NCBI GenBank assembly: GCA_045580085.1
Contig: JAZNND010000049.1
Coordinates: forward strand, 1,144 to 65,143
Source: Eubacteriales bacterium
Lineage (GTDB): Bacteria; Bacillota; Clostridia; Oscillospirales; CAG-272
Direction of reading: 5' to 3'
Length of the DNA: 64,000 nucleotides
The notes below the pieces were generated by a model. It saw only the letters and a program-made list of their open reading frames with translations, searched no databases and was not told the DNA's origin. Of the stretch, positions 54,576-63,985 are shown in pieces. The position numbers and the translations under genes were made by a program. Positions within the stretch are counted from its first letter, which is position 1. Each line of letters starts with the position of its first letter.

Positions 54576-55334
54576 ATGAAATTTTCGGTTTCGCTTCCGT
54601 GCTTTTTTAAGAACATTCCCTTTGCCGATATGATTCGCCGCGTAGCTTCTCTTGGCTATACTGCGGTGGAGTCGTGGGATATGTCGAAAAGTGAAAACTT
54701 GCGGGAGATTCGCCTTGTGTGCGACTCGCTCGGCGTTCGTTTCGTTGCCCTATGTCCGCCCGAGTTTCGGATGAACGATTCCGCCTACAGAGGTGCCTAT
54801 TTAGATGGGTTAAAGGCAGGGTGCGAAGCGGCATCTATCCTTGGTGCCGATCGGCTGATCACACAAGTCGGTGATGATACGGGCGCACCGCGCGAATTTC
54901 AGCATGCGGCAATCCTTGAGACGCTTGAAGGGGCAAAGCCTATTCTCGAAGCTTACGGCAAGACTTTAATGCTTGAGCCTTTGAATACTTATTTCGACCA
55001 TAAGGGCTATTATTTGGATTCTTCGCGCGAGGGCTTCCGTCTTATCGAAGAGGCTTCGCACCCTCTTATTAAGACTGTATATGACATATATCATATGCAG
55101 ATTATGGAAGGAAATATCATTCCTACCGTGACGGCAAATTTAGACAAAATCGCGCATTTACATGCCGCGGGACATCCCGGCAGGCATGAAATGCAATTTG
55201 GTGAAACAGACTATCGCAACGTTTTTGCCGCCATAGATGAGGCAGGCTATCAAGGCTATTGCGGCCTTGAATACCGCCCTACGCTTGATCCCCTCGAAAG
55301 CTTAAAACAAGTAAAAAATATATACGGAAAGTAA
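54576..55334 (+). CDS. hydroxypyruvate isomerase-like / xylose-isomerase-like TIM-barrel protein
   Basis: 252 aa. LEPLN, VYDIYHMQIMEGN, HLHAAGHPGRHE and GYQGYCGLEYRP resemble Hyi-family blocks. Confidence 0.75.
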   Translation: MKFSVSLPCFFKNIPFADMIRRVASLGYTAVESWDMSKSENLREIRLVCDSLGVRFVALCPPEFRMNDSAYRGAYLDGLKAGCEAASILGADRLITQVGDDTGAPREFQHAAILETLEGAKPILEAYGKTLMLEPLNTYFDHKGYYLDSSREGFRLIEEASHPLIKTVYDIYHMQIMEGNIIPTVTANLDKIAHLHAAGHPGRHEMQFGETDYRNVFAAIDEAGYQGYCGLEYRPTLDPLESLKQVKNIYGK

Positions 55335-55339
55335 AGAAA

Positions 55340-56065
55340 ATGTCATTTAGAGATTTCAAACGCGGTATGCTGCATGGCGTTCCGATTTTTTTAGGGTATC
55401 TCGCCGTTTCCTTTTCCTTTGGCATCTTTGCGGTTGGGCAAGGGCTTTCGGTGATTGAAACCGTTTTTATCTCCATGTTTAATTTAACATCGGCCGGGCA
55501 ACTTGCGGGCGTACCCATTATCGCGGCGGGAGGTTCTTACTTGGAGCTTGCGCTCGGTCAGCTTGTCATCAATTTGCGCTATTCGCTCATGTCGGTGTCC
55601 TTATCACAAAAGCTGGATCATACGGTGAAGCTCGGGCACCGCTTTCTCATTGCCTTTGCCAACACCGATGAGGTGTTTGCCGTTTCGGCATCGCAACCGG
55701 AGCAGGTTTCGAAAAGCTACATGTACGGACTCATCACGCCTCCCTATCTCGGATGGACGGTGGGCACGCTTCTGGGGGCTTTGGCTGGCACCATTCTCCC
55801 CGCTATGGTCATTTCGGCACTCGGTGTTGCTATTTACGGCATGTTTGTTGCCATTGTTGTGCCCGAGATGAAGGCGCATAAAATGACTGCCTTGTGCGTT
55901 CTTTTTGCCATTCTTTTGAGCTGTCTTTTCTATTATTTGCCCGTTCTTAATCAAGTTTCAGGCGGTTTCGTTATTATCATTTGCGCGGTGGCGGCAAGTG
56001 CTCTTTTTGCCCTTATCGCTCCCATTCCCGTTGAAGGCGAAAAGAAAGGAGGGAATGACGCATGA
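55340..56065 (+). CDS. azlC: AzlC family branched-chain amino acid permease subunit
   Basis: 241 aa. PIFLGYLAVSFSFGIFAV..G, NLTSAGQ and LVINLRYSLMS are AzlC hallmarks. Confidence 0.85.
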   Translation: MSFRDFKRGMLHGVPIFLGYLAVSFSFGIFAVGQGLSVIETVFISMFNLTSAGQLAGVPIIAAGGSYLELALGQLVINLRYSLMSVSLSQKLDHTVKLGHRFLIAFANTDEVFAVSASQPEQVSKSYMYGLITPPYLGWTVGTLLGALAGTILPAMVISALGVAIYGMFVAIVVPEMKAHKMTALCVLFAILLSCLFYYLPVLNQVSGGFVIIICAVAASALFALIAPIPVEGEKKGGNDA

Positions 56066-56385
56066 GCATTCGTCCTATGTTCTTTCTTTATCTTGCGGTG
56101 ATGGCGGGGGTAACCTATCTTGTCCGCATGCTTCCCCTCGTTTTGATCAAAAAAAAGATAGAAAACCGTTTTTTGCTATCTTTTCTTTACTATATGCCGT
56201 ACGCTGTTCTTTCTGTGATGACCGTTCCCGCTATTTTTTATGCCACGGAATCCGCTGTGGCGGCGGCTGTCGGGTTCGTTATAGCCATAGCTCTGGCGTA
56301 TTTCGGCAAAAGTCTCGTCACGGTCGCAGGGATCTCTTGCCTAACCGTCTTTTTAGCCGAACTTGTCATACAGCATTTCTTTTAA
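56062..56385 (+). CDS. azlD: AzlD family protein
   Basis: 107-aa small hydrophobic protein whose start overlaps the azlC stop by 4 nt. LAVMAGVTYLVRMLPLVL is typical. Confidence 0.8.
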   Translation: MSIRPMFFLYLAVMAGVTYLVRMLPLVLIKKKIENRFLLSFLYYMPYAVLSVMTVPAIFYATESAVAAAVGFVIAIALAYFGKSLVTVAGISCLTVFLAELVIQHFF

Positions 56386-56390
56386 AAAAT

Positions 56391-56430
56391 AGGCACGCAA
56401 GGTTAACCTTTGCGTGCCTTCTCGTTTTTT
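56391..56430. terminator. bidirectional terminator (azlD / HAD hydrolase)
   Basis: aggcacgcaagg (56391-56402) pairs with cctttgcgtgcct (56407-56419) with one bulge. It is followed by TCTCGTTTTTTATTTTT. Confidence 0.7.
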
Positions 56431-57109
56431 ATTTTTCTACTCGTGTGATCAAAAGATCAAAGCTCTCTCCCTCAGAAAGATAAATATCCGATGCCGCGGC
56501 AAGGCGGTCTTGGCTGTAATTGTTGGGATCAAAAATGCCAACAGTTTTGCAACCGATGCCTTTGGCGGTCTCAAGTGCTACATAAGAGTCTTCGAAAACG
56601 CATGTTTCCTCAGGCTCACTTCCGAGTTCTTCCATGGCTTTTAAGTAAATGTCGGGCATGTCCTTGCCCTTTCCGATGTCTGCGCAGGAGAGAATCGTGT
56701 CGAAGTAATCCGAAAGCCCATGGCAGGCAAGCGCATGCTTGATATATTTCAGCTCGGTCGCCGAGGCAAGGCAGATCTTGATTCCTTTTGCGCGCAGATC
56801 TTCCAAAAATGCTCTCGCTCCCGCTTTGACGGTGGCTTCATGCTCGTAAAAGTCGGCAAGACTGTCGGAAGCAAAGTGGGCTAACTCTTCATATGTGGCG
56901 GAAAGCCCATATGCCGTGCGGATTGCTTCCAGTGCTTCTGTGAAAATCATGGTGCGCACACGGCGATCAAGATCTTTGTCATAGTCAAAGTTTTTCTTTC
57001 CCAGATACTTTTCGCCGAAAACACGCCAAAAACTTTCCCAATAAAAAAGTGAATCGATAATCGTTCCGTCCATATCAAAAATTGCCGCTTTGATTTTCAT
57101 TTTAACCAA
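56429..57109 (-). CDS. HAD-IA family hydrolase (beta-phosphoglucomutase/phosphatase-like)
   Basis: IFDMDGTIIDS (motif I DxDGT), a cap domain, and C-terminal ..EDS....A..AG. The start is ambiguous: TTG at 57109 or ATG at 57100. Confidence 0.85.
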   Translation of the reverse strand: MVKMKIKAAIFDMDGTIIDSLFYWESFWRVFGEKYLGKKNFDYDKDLDRRVRTMIFTEALEAIRTAYGLSATYEELAHFASDSLADFYEHEATVKAGARAFLEDLRAKGIKICLASATELKYIKHALACHGLSDYFDTILSCADIGKGKDMPDIYLKAMEELGSEPEETCVFEDSYVALETAKGIGCKTVGIFDPNNYSQDRLAAASDIYLSEGESFDLLITRVEK

Positions 57110-57210
57110 CTTACTTCGCTTAACGAAGTTTTCCTTTCCTTTTTAGTCAACCGATGGATATTTTAGCATAATCAAGGCGAAAAGTCAAGCCGGGATGACA
57201 TTTCATTTTA

Positions 57211-57239
57211 TTGACATCGCGTGGATTTTGTGTTATAAT
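57211..57239 (+). promoter_or_regulatory. sigma-A type promoter (TTGACA-17-TATAAT, TGn)
   Basis: TTGACAtcgcgtggattttgtgtTATAAT has perfect hexamers and lies about 45 nt upstream of the 57283 start. Confidence 0.7.
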
Positions 57240-57282
57240 CTAATATCATCCATGAATCTAATGTCAGAAGGAAGAAATAATC

Positions 57283-58815
57283 ATGAAAAAGAATTTTTTT
57301 GATTCCGATTGGGAAAAATATCTGCCGCGCCCTGTGTGCGACGATCATCCCGAGTACGATGTTTTGTATAAAAAAGCGTGGGAGTTGGCGCACGATCATA
57401 TAAAATTCATTGACGGCATGCCCCAATCCCCTTATATGGATGAGGCGTTTTGCGATACACAGATTTGGATATGGGATACCTGCTTTATGACCTTTTTCTG
57501 CAAATATGCGGCAGAGGTCTTTCCCGGTGTTGAAAGCTTGAATAATTTTTATGAGGTTTTGCATGGCGAAGGATCGCTTCCGAAGGTTGTTCCCACCGAA
57601 AAAGAGCCCACATGGACGGGGGCTGTTCCCGGTGTGCCCAGAACCATTGATATCCATATTGCGGATAATCCGCCTCTTTTTGCGTGGGCGGAATACGAAA
57701 ATGCTCTTATCCACGGTGATAAAGAGTATATCAAGACGCTCCTTTATCAGAAGCAAGCCCTCCAAAAGCATTATGAATGGATTGAGTCTCTCAAAACGGC
57801 AGTGAAGCCGCGCGGCGTTTTGTTGCCCACCTGCTTGATTCACGAAGAATGCGGTTATAAATGGGAGGGCGGCAGATCCGGTATGGACAACACCCCTCGC
57901 GGAAAAACAACCGAAACGGCGCAAGCCGAACGCCCCAATAACCCCGATATGCTCTGGGTTGACGCAATTTGTCAGCAAGCTCTCGCCGCCAAAATGATAG
58001 CGAATCTTTTTGATATTGTGGAAGATACGGCAAAATGCGACGCTTGGAACAAAAAATACGCCGAGAAAAAGGCGTTGGTCAACCGTCTTTATTGGGATAA
58101 AAATGACGGTTTTTATTACGATATTGACTGCAAAACCCACGAGTTTTATAAAGTTATGACACCGGCATCCTTTTGGGCACTGACGGCAGGTATCGCAAGC
58201 GAAGAGCAGGCGAAGGCTATGGCAGCGTATGTTCAGGATGAAAAAACGCTTGGCGGTAACGTACCGCTGCTGTCTCTTTCGAGGAGCGACAGTGATTTTA
58301 ACGCCAACGGAAAATATTGGCGCGGATCGCTTTGGATGCCGACCGCCTATGCCGCACTGAAGGGGCTCGGAGAATATAAGCTTTACGGTATTGCCCACGA
58401 AGCCGCACGGAAAATACTCGACCATATGTTAAAAACCTATCTTGAGTACGAACCGCATACCATTTGGGAGTGTTATGCCCCCGATGCGTGTACCCCTGCC
58501 ATGCAGGTGGACGGCGAAGAGGTAGTGCGTCCCAATTTTTGCGGATGGTCGGCACTCGGGCCGATATGCGTCTACATCGAGTACCTTTTGGGCTTCCATA
58601 CCGTCAATGCTTATAAAGGCATTGTCGAATGGGAAAAACCTGTTGGCTTAGAGAAAAAAATCGGCATTTGCAATCTTCGTTTCGGGGATGTCGTCACGGA
58701 TATCGTAGCGGAAAATGGTGTTTGTACGGTTACCTCCAACCTGCCCTACACCTTAAAAATAAACGGAAAAAGCTTCTCTGTTTTAGAGGGAACCAATCAT
58801 ATTCCTTTGGCTTAA
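57283..58815 (+). CDS. (alpha/alpha)6-barrel glycoside hydrolase, GH63/trehalase (MGH1)-like
   Basis: 510 aa. WIWDTCFM, NPPLFAWA, GMDNTPRG and YWRGSLWMPTAY resemble GH63/GH37-type catalytic-domain blocks. The family-level call comes from motif memory only. Confidence 0.6.
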   Translation: MKKNFFDSDWEKYLPRPVCDDHPEYDVLYKKAWELAHDHIKFIDGMPQSPYMDEAFCDTQIWIWDTCFMTFFCKYAAEVFPGVESLNNFYEVLHGEGSLPKVVPTEKEPTWTGAVPGVPRTIDIHIADNPPLFAWAEYENALIHGDKEYIKTLLYQKQALQKHYEWIESLKTAVKPRGVLLPTCLIHEECGYKWEGGRSGMDNTPRGKTTETAQAERPNNPDMLWVDAICQQALAAKMIANLFDIVEDTAKCDAWNKKYAEKKALVNRLYWDKNDGFYYDIDCKTHEFYKVMTPASFWALTAGIASEEQAKAMAAYVQDEKTLGGNVPLLSLSRSDSDFNANGKYWRGSLWMPTAYAALKGLGEYKLYGIAHEAARKILDHMLKTYLEYEPHTIWECYAPDACTPAMQVDGEEVVRPNFCGWSALGPICVYIEYLLGFHTVNAYKGIVEWEKPVGLEKKIGICNLRFGDVVTDIVAENGVCTVTSNLPYTLKINGKSFSVLEGTNHIPLA

Positions 58816-58829
58816 TACCGAATGAAAAG

Positions 58830-58875
58830 CGTGGCTATCGCACAGAGATCGTGCGATAGCCACGAAAACTTTTTA
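58830..58875 (+). terminator. rho-independent terminator
   Basis: cgtggctatcgcac pairs perfectly with gtgcgatagccacg (a 14-bp stem at 58830-58864) and is followed by AAAACTTTTT. Confidence 0.65.
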
Positions 58876-58939
58876 AAGGTATTTTTCAGCGTAAAGCGGC
58901 AAGGCGGACGCGTTTGCTTTGGCGGCATATAGCCTGTTG

Positions 58940-59755
58940 TTATTTTTCGCGCAGGGAACTTCTGTATTTTTGAGGCGAAACTCCTGTCTTTTTCTTAAAG
59001 GCATCGCAAAAATAGGAAGGAGAGGAGAAGCCTATCATATTGCCGATTTCGCCCACGGGGATGCTTTCGTCTTCCAACAATTCCTTGGCGTGCTCAATGC
59101 GGAGCTTGTTTCTGTATTCAAGGGGGGATGTGCCCGTGATGTCTTTAAACACGCGAAGAAAGTGAAATTTGCTCATTCCGGCAACAGCGGCATATTCTTC
59201 CAAGGAGTAGTTTTTATAATATTCACGGTTCATGGATTGCATCACGGGGGTGATGCGGTCCGCGTATTTTTGGATGGGAATGGCGGCGGGGCAGTTGCGG
59301 CGTGCGAGACGGGAAAGTAACTCAAAAAACTTCGCCGTGGCAATCTTCTCATAGAAAAGTTCTTTGCGTTCAAGTTCGCCGATGATCTCTTCGAAAAGGT
59401 CGCGCAGATACCCGGAATGTCTTCCGTGATAGACGTGAGAAGAAAAAAGACCGAAAAGATCAAAATCCGAAGGAGCAGAGAAGTGCACGTAATAGAACTC
59501 AGCCGTTTTATCAAAAAGACAAATGTGTTCTTGTGCCTCGTGCGGTTTAAAAATGATAAAAGAGCCTTCGTCGGCATCGGTTTCGGTTGGTGTATAAAAA
59601 TGTTCGCATCCTTTTGCAACGTAGAACAAAAGCCAATCCTCTCGCCCTAAGGGGCGGGATATGGTTCTGCCTTGTTTGGCGAAAATGTGTCCCGCACTTT
59701 GCACAGAATATTCAAAAAGTCCCCGATCGGTGTCGGAATAGGCATTGAATATCAT
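58940..59755 (-). CDS. AraC family transcriptional regulator
   Basis: 271 aa. Cupin-like N-terminus and a C-terminal HTH pair (LEEYAAVAGMSKFHFLRVFKDITGTSPLEY ... GFSSPSYFCDAFKKKTGVSP). Confidence 0.85.
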   Translation of the reverse strand: MIFNAYSDTDRGLFEYSVQSAGHIFAKQGRTISRPLGREDWLLFYVAKGCEHFYTPTETDADEGSFIIFKPHEAQEHICLFDKTAEFYYVHFSAPSDFDLFGLFSSHVYHGRHSGYLRDLFEEIIGELERKELFYEKIATAKFFELLSRLARRNCPAAIPIQKYADRITPVMQSMNREYYKNYSLEEYAAVAGMSKFHFLRVFKDITGTSPLEYRNKLRIEHAKELLEDESIPVGEIGNMIGFSSPSYFCDAFKKKTGVSPQKYRSSLREK

Positions 59756-59814
59756 ACCTGACCGTTCCTTTCTTTGGAAAAAAGCTGCCCTTTTTAGAGG
59801 ACAGCTTTTTGTTT

Positions 59815-61722
59815 TTACGAGTTCCTTCGTTTTGTTGCAACGATGCTGTCTTTTCGTTTGTCCTCTTCGGGAAGATCATCGAAGCAGACCAAGTTGTGAT
59901 GCATTTTTCCAAGATTGTTGCGCGATCTTTTGTCCTTGCTTCCGCTGTATACGTAACCCTCGGAGCGCATGTAAGCATTCCAACGGCGGTGCTCCAACAC
60001 TTCGATAAAAGCAAGTTCACGCTCGGTGAGCGTACCCTCTTCCTTGCCGGCACCGGGAACGTCCAGCTGAACACGGATGGAATTGTGGATAGCGGATGCC
60101 ATGGAGGAATTATAGTTGTATTCGTATCCCCAGAAGGAAATACGGTCGGGATCTTTCTCCATGTCTTCGGCACTCATATAACGTTCGTGGATCGCCAACG
60201 CCTCTTTTTCAAGCTTCGAATCAATGATGATGTCGGCAGAATAGAGTGTGTCACGGTCACCCACAAAATCGATCATATATTCGTCGCCGAACGCGTTTTT
60301 TGCGTTTTCAAGCGCTTTTTTGTTCTTGGAGTCGTAAACGACCGCTTGGATGATCGTTTTTTCTTTGGGCAAATGCATACGTTCGAAAAGGGTGCGTAAT
60401 GCCACCGCGGTTTTGACGTTGAGCTCATCCGAGCCGAGAGACACAAACACGTAAGACACAAGCCCGATCTGCTTTACCTTGTTGATGAAGGTGGAGGTGT
60501 CAACATCGATCTTTCCATGAATGTCAATGCGGTATTGCGCTTCGCCGTCCACATAAATGCCGTTGTATGCCTCATCCAAGAGCTCAGGGCAGAGCGCTTC
60601 GAATTTTTCTTTAGCGTTCTTGTCTCTATCAAATCCGTTGATTTTGATACGGTATTTGGTGTCGAGCGTTTCCATTTGTCCGAACCAAGAAAGTGCTTTG
60701 ATCATCTCGCCGCCCTGACCGCCTGTGCCGAGCACCAAAACCGAGATCAGCTTTTCACCGTTGCCGATGTCGATGGCGTTGTCAAACAATGTCTTTCCTT
60801 GATTGTAAAGCGTGCGATTAACCAAGGCACGGATATCGTTGACGCGTTTGACAAGAATGCGAGGTCTTTTTTTGCCGTTTTCAGCACATTCTTCACGAAT
60901 GCCCGATTGAATATTACTGAGCACAAGCTCACCTTCCGCTGTTACGGAGAATACAAACAGTCTTGTGTTTTTGCGGTAACGGTAAGGACCTTCCTTGCGT
61001 GTTAAATACAAGGCTTGGGAAATGTTCTCGGAGTCATCCTCGCCTATGGCGAACAAATAGATCTTACTTTCGGGTGCGCGAGGCGGAAGGTGCAAGGAGA
61101 TAATGTCGTTTTTAAAGCAAATACCGTCAAGCTCCTTGACTTTTTCAATCAGCTCTGCTAACTTTTCCTCCTCTTTTTCGTAAACGTCCGTGAAGAGGAG
61201 AAGGGCATTTTTATCTTTTTTACGGATGCTTTGCGCGAGAGAAACGGATTTTTCGTTGAGATCCGAAAAAATGTAGGCATCTGCACCGGGACGGACCAGT
61301 ACCTTGCGGTATGCTGAGAAATTTTTGAAGAAAGAAAGGATAAAGCCGAAGGTTAAAAGCGGAGCCGCGACGTATAGGATCGCGCCGTGCGCGACAAAGA
61401 GCCCTCTGATAAAAGGAACACTGTGATACACGCTCGATTCGACAATGTCAAAATCACTGTCAATGGCAAAGAGTCGAATGGTGTGATGCAAAGCAATCAA
61501 AATGGTGTTGCTGATGCTGGCAATGGGAGAACCCCTCAGCCAAAGCTTGGTGCTGTAAATCGGTAAAAAGTAGATAAAAATGGAAAATGCGGTACCGACG
61601 AACAAAATTTTGGAAGGTGTGAAAAAACGCCCCGCTTTGTATTTCATGATGGAAAATCGCAATGCGGCGATCACAGAGATCCAAAACAGAAAAAATGAGA
61701 AAAAGTAAGCAAATGTTTCCAT
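59815..61722 (-). CDS. membrane protein with Rossmann-like (TrkA-N-like) modules and C-terminal RyR-like domain
   Basis: 635 aa. About 5 N-terminal TM helices. Two candidate Rossmann-like segments (...ADAYIFSDLNEKS..., VLVLGTGGQGGEMIKAL). The C-terminus EALAIHERYM...LEHRRWNAYMRSEGYVYSGSKDKRSRNNLGKMHHNLVCFDDLPEEDKRKD resembles bacterial RyR-domain repeats. Confidence 0.55.
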   Translation of the reverse strand: METFAYFFSFFLFWISVIAALRFSIMKYKAGRFFTPSKILFVGTAFSIFIYFLPIYSTKLWLRGSPIASISNTILIALHHTIRLFAIDSDFDIVESSVYHSVPFIRGLFVAHGAILYVAAPLLTFGFILSFFKNFSAYRKVLVRPGADAYIFSDLNEKSVSLAQSIRKKDKNALLLFTDVYEKEEEKLAELIEKVKELDGICFKNDIISLHLPPRAPESKIYLFAIGEDDSENISQALYLTRKEGPYRYRKNTRLFVFSVTAEGELVLSNIQSGIREECAENGKKRPRILVKRVNDIRALVNRTLYNQGKTLFDNAIDIGNGEKLISVLVLGTGGQGGEMIKALSWFGQMETLDTKYRIKINGFDRDKNAKEKFEALCPELLDEAYNGIYVDGEAQYRIDIHGKIDVDTSTFINKVKQIGLVSYVFVSLGSDELNVKTAVALRTLFERMHLPKEKTIIQAVVYDSKNKKALENAKNAFGDEYMIDFVGDRDTLYSADIIIDSKLEKEALAIHERYMSAEDMEKDPDRISFWGYEYNYNSSMASAIHNSIRVQLDVPGAGKEEGTLTERELAFIEVLEHRRWNAYMRSEGYVYSGSKDKRSRNNLGKMHHNLVCFDDLPEEDKRKDSIVATKRRNS

Positions 61723-61778
61723 TGATTTGCATCAATCCTTTCTTATAAACATGAGAACGGTTTTTTGAAAAACATATA

Positions 61779-63938
61779 TTATTTTTGAGCTTTCAGATGC
61801 ATCATAAAGCTCCATTCATCCTGCCCGTCGGGATGAATAAAAATGCCTTTTTTAAGCTCTTTTCCGGTGTATTCTTTGCCGGAAAGAAGATCGGTGTAGA
61901 CCAAGTCTTTTTGGGCGGCTTGTAAAGAAAATTGCAAAGCGGAAGCATCGCCTTTGGCTTGTAAAGCCGTGAAAAGTATTTCGTCGTCTTTGACGTAGTA
62001 ATAGGCGTAGGTGGAGCTTTCGTAGGGAGAAGAGAGCTCGTAATAATCACCGCCTTCGGGCAGGTGCGCGTAGCTCTTGTATTCTTCAATCTGGGCCTTG
62101 ACGGATGCGCAAAGCGCATCGGAGCATTCCGAAAGATTGAATTCATAGCCAAGCGGTCCCGCCGCCGCCACCGCATAGCGGAAACGAAGCGTGCGAGGCT
62201 TGCCTTCGCAGATGTTTTCGCGGTTGGCAACATGGCAACTCATCGTAGGAGCAGGATAACCCATGAGAGAGGCGCACTGTATATCCATGCGCCAAACGGG
62301 ATCGGTATTGTCGCTCGTCCAAATCTGCTCGCCGTAGTACATCATACCAAGATCGTATCGACCGCCGCCGCCGCTGCAGGTTTCAAGCATGGCGTGGGGA
62401 AAAGTCTCTCTGAGCCAAGATAAAAGCTCGTATGTGCCGAGCATAAAGCGGTGCGCAGCCTCAGCTTGCCGTTCTGCGGGCAAGACGGAGGAATAAACAT
62501 CTGAAAGATGACGGTTGAAATCCCATTTAAAATAATCGATCGGAACTTCGCCGAGCGTCTCGCCCAAGGTTCGTTTAAGATAGGCAAGAACCGCGGGATT
62601 GCCCATATCAAGAACCAGTTGGTTTCTTGAGAGGGAAGGATCTACCGACGGTACGGCAAAAGCATACTCCGGATGTGCACGGTAAAGATCGCTGTCGGGG
62701 TTGACCATTTCGGGTTCAATCCAAATGCCGAAAGAAAGCCCCATATCTTTCACCTTTTGAACCGTGGAGGCAAGCCCGTTCGGGAATCGTTTCGGATTGA
62801 TAAACCAATCGCCAAGCCCCGCTGCGTCGTTCACGCGCGCACCAAACCAACCATCGTCCATCACCAGCATTTCAATGCCGTTTTGGCTTGCCGCGCGGGC
62901 ATAATTGAGAATCAGGGGTTCATTGACGTCGAACCAAGTGCCTTCCCATGTGTTGAGTACGATGGGAGCACGCGCCTCTTTTCTGGGATAAAGAACATAA
63001 TTCTTTACAAAGCGGTGGGTTTGGCGGCGCATCTCGCCGATGCCGAATGCCGAATAGCACATGGTTGCCTCCGGTGTCTCAAAGCTTTCGCCTTTGGCAA
63101 GAAGCCACGAAAAGTTGTGGTCGCCCAGCCCCGAAAGCACGCGCACAGCACGGTAAGGTGTCAACTCTACCGTGTTGGTATACGCGCCGCTATAAATGAG
63201 ATTGAAGGCGTAAGCGTCGCCCGAGTCCTCGGTTGCGCTATGAGAAACCAAAGCGAAATAAGGGTTCATTTGATGCCCTGAAGCACCTCTGTGGGAGGTC
63301 ATCACATAATTGCCTTGGCGAAGCGGTGCTCTTTCGATATGACGCTCAAAATAATAAGTGCCGGGAAGGTTGATAAGATCAAATTCGCCTTGGGCGGGGA
63401 AATCCACGCAAAGACTCATCACGTTCGAAAGGCGAACGCTTTTTTTGGTCTTGTTCTCATACCGAACCGAACGCACAATGGTGTCGGTATCGGGATAAGC
63501 GGAATAGCTTACATAGGCAAAAATACCGGAAAAACGGTCTTTCAAGGTAAGCTCAAGCGTTTCTACCGTCTCATCCGCACGCGCGTGAGGCAGGGAAGAG
63601 GAGAGGGGCTTGCCTTTGTATATGCGAGCGCTTAAAAAACGAAAATCGGTTGCCGAAGCTCCCGTTTTGTCCGTAACGCGTATGGCTTCCGCCCGATAAT
63701 CGCCCGCGCCGTAACCGGGCAGCTCGGCGGGGATAATGTCGTGAGAAAGATGGGCAGGTTTTTCCTTGTCGTTGGGAGAAAAACCGTAGTTGTGCGGATA
63801 GGGGGCGATCGGTGCATTTCTCACTTTTCGCCCATAATAAATATGCTCCACTCTTTCTCCGCGAAGCGCACGGAGCGCGTAAAGCGTATGTTCGGTTTCT
63901 ATGCGGAAAATATGCGTTTTTGCGTTTTTGCGTATCAT
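61779..63938 (-). CDS. alpha-galactosidase (GH36)
   Basis: LVMDDGWFGARVNDAAGLGDW, YFKWDFNR and ETCSGGGGRYD are GH36 catalytic blocks. I preferred the ATG at 63938 (GAGG 6 nt upstream), because the longer model would include a perfect stem-loop. Confidence 0.9.
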   Translation of the reverse strand: MIRKNAKTHIFRIETEHTLYALRALRGERVEHIYYGRKVRNAPIAPYPHNYGFSPNDKEKPAHLSHDIIPAELPGYGAGDYRAEAIRVTDKTGASATDFRFLSARIYKGKPLSSSLPHARADETVETLELTLKDRFSGIFAYVSYSAYPDTDTIVRSVRYENKTKKSVRLSNVMSLCVDFPAQGEFDLINLPGTYYFERHIERAPLRQGNYVMTSHRGASGHQMNPYFALVSHSATEDSGDAYAFNLIYSGAYTNTVELTPYRAVRVLSGLGDHNFSWLLAKGESFETPEATMCYSAFGIGEMRRQTHRFVKNYVLYPRKEARAPIVLNTWEGTWFDVNEPLILNYARAASQNGIEMLVMDDGWFGARVNDAAGLGDWFINPKRFPNGLASTVQKVKDMGLSFGIWIEPEMVNPDSDLYRAHPEYAFAVPSVDPSLSRNQLVLDMGNPAVLAYLKRTLGETLGEVPIDYFKWDFNRHLSDVYSSVLPAERQAEAAHRFMLGTYELLSWLRETFPHAMLETCSGGGGRYDLGMMYYGEQIWTSDNTDPVWRMDIQCASLMGYPAPTMSCHVANRENICEGKPRTLRFRYAVAAAGPLGYEFNLSECSDALCASVKAQIEEYKSYAHLPEGGDYYELSSPYESSTYAYYYVKDDEILFTALQAKGDASALQFSLQAAQKDLVYTDLLSGKEYTGKELKKGIFIHPDGQDEWSFMMHLKAQK

Positions 63939-63958
63939 AAAATACCTCTTGAATAAAG

Positions 63959-63985
63959 CGGAGATGCGCAATTTGCGCATCTCCG
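63959..63985. other. perfect 13-bp-arm palindrome/stem-loop upstream of the GH36 gene (terminator of upstream gene or operator)
   Basis: cggagatgcgcaa-t-ttgcgcatctccg. On the minus strand it is followed by CTTTATTC. Confidence 0.45.

Noticed and set aside
57208-58425. 405-aa minus-strand ORF
   Set aside because: It is antisense to the GH63/trehalase-like gene. A consensus + strand promoter (57211-57239) sits inside it, and its sequence is not protein-like.
63939-63980. 14-codon N-terminal extension of the GH36 gene
   Set aside because: It would have to be translated through a perfect 13-bp stem-loop. The ATG at 63938 has a GAGG SD.
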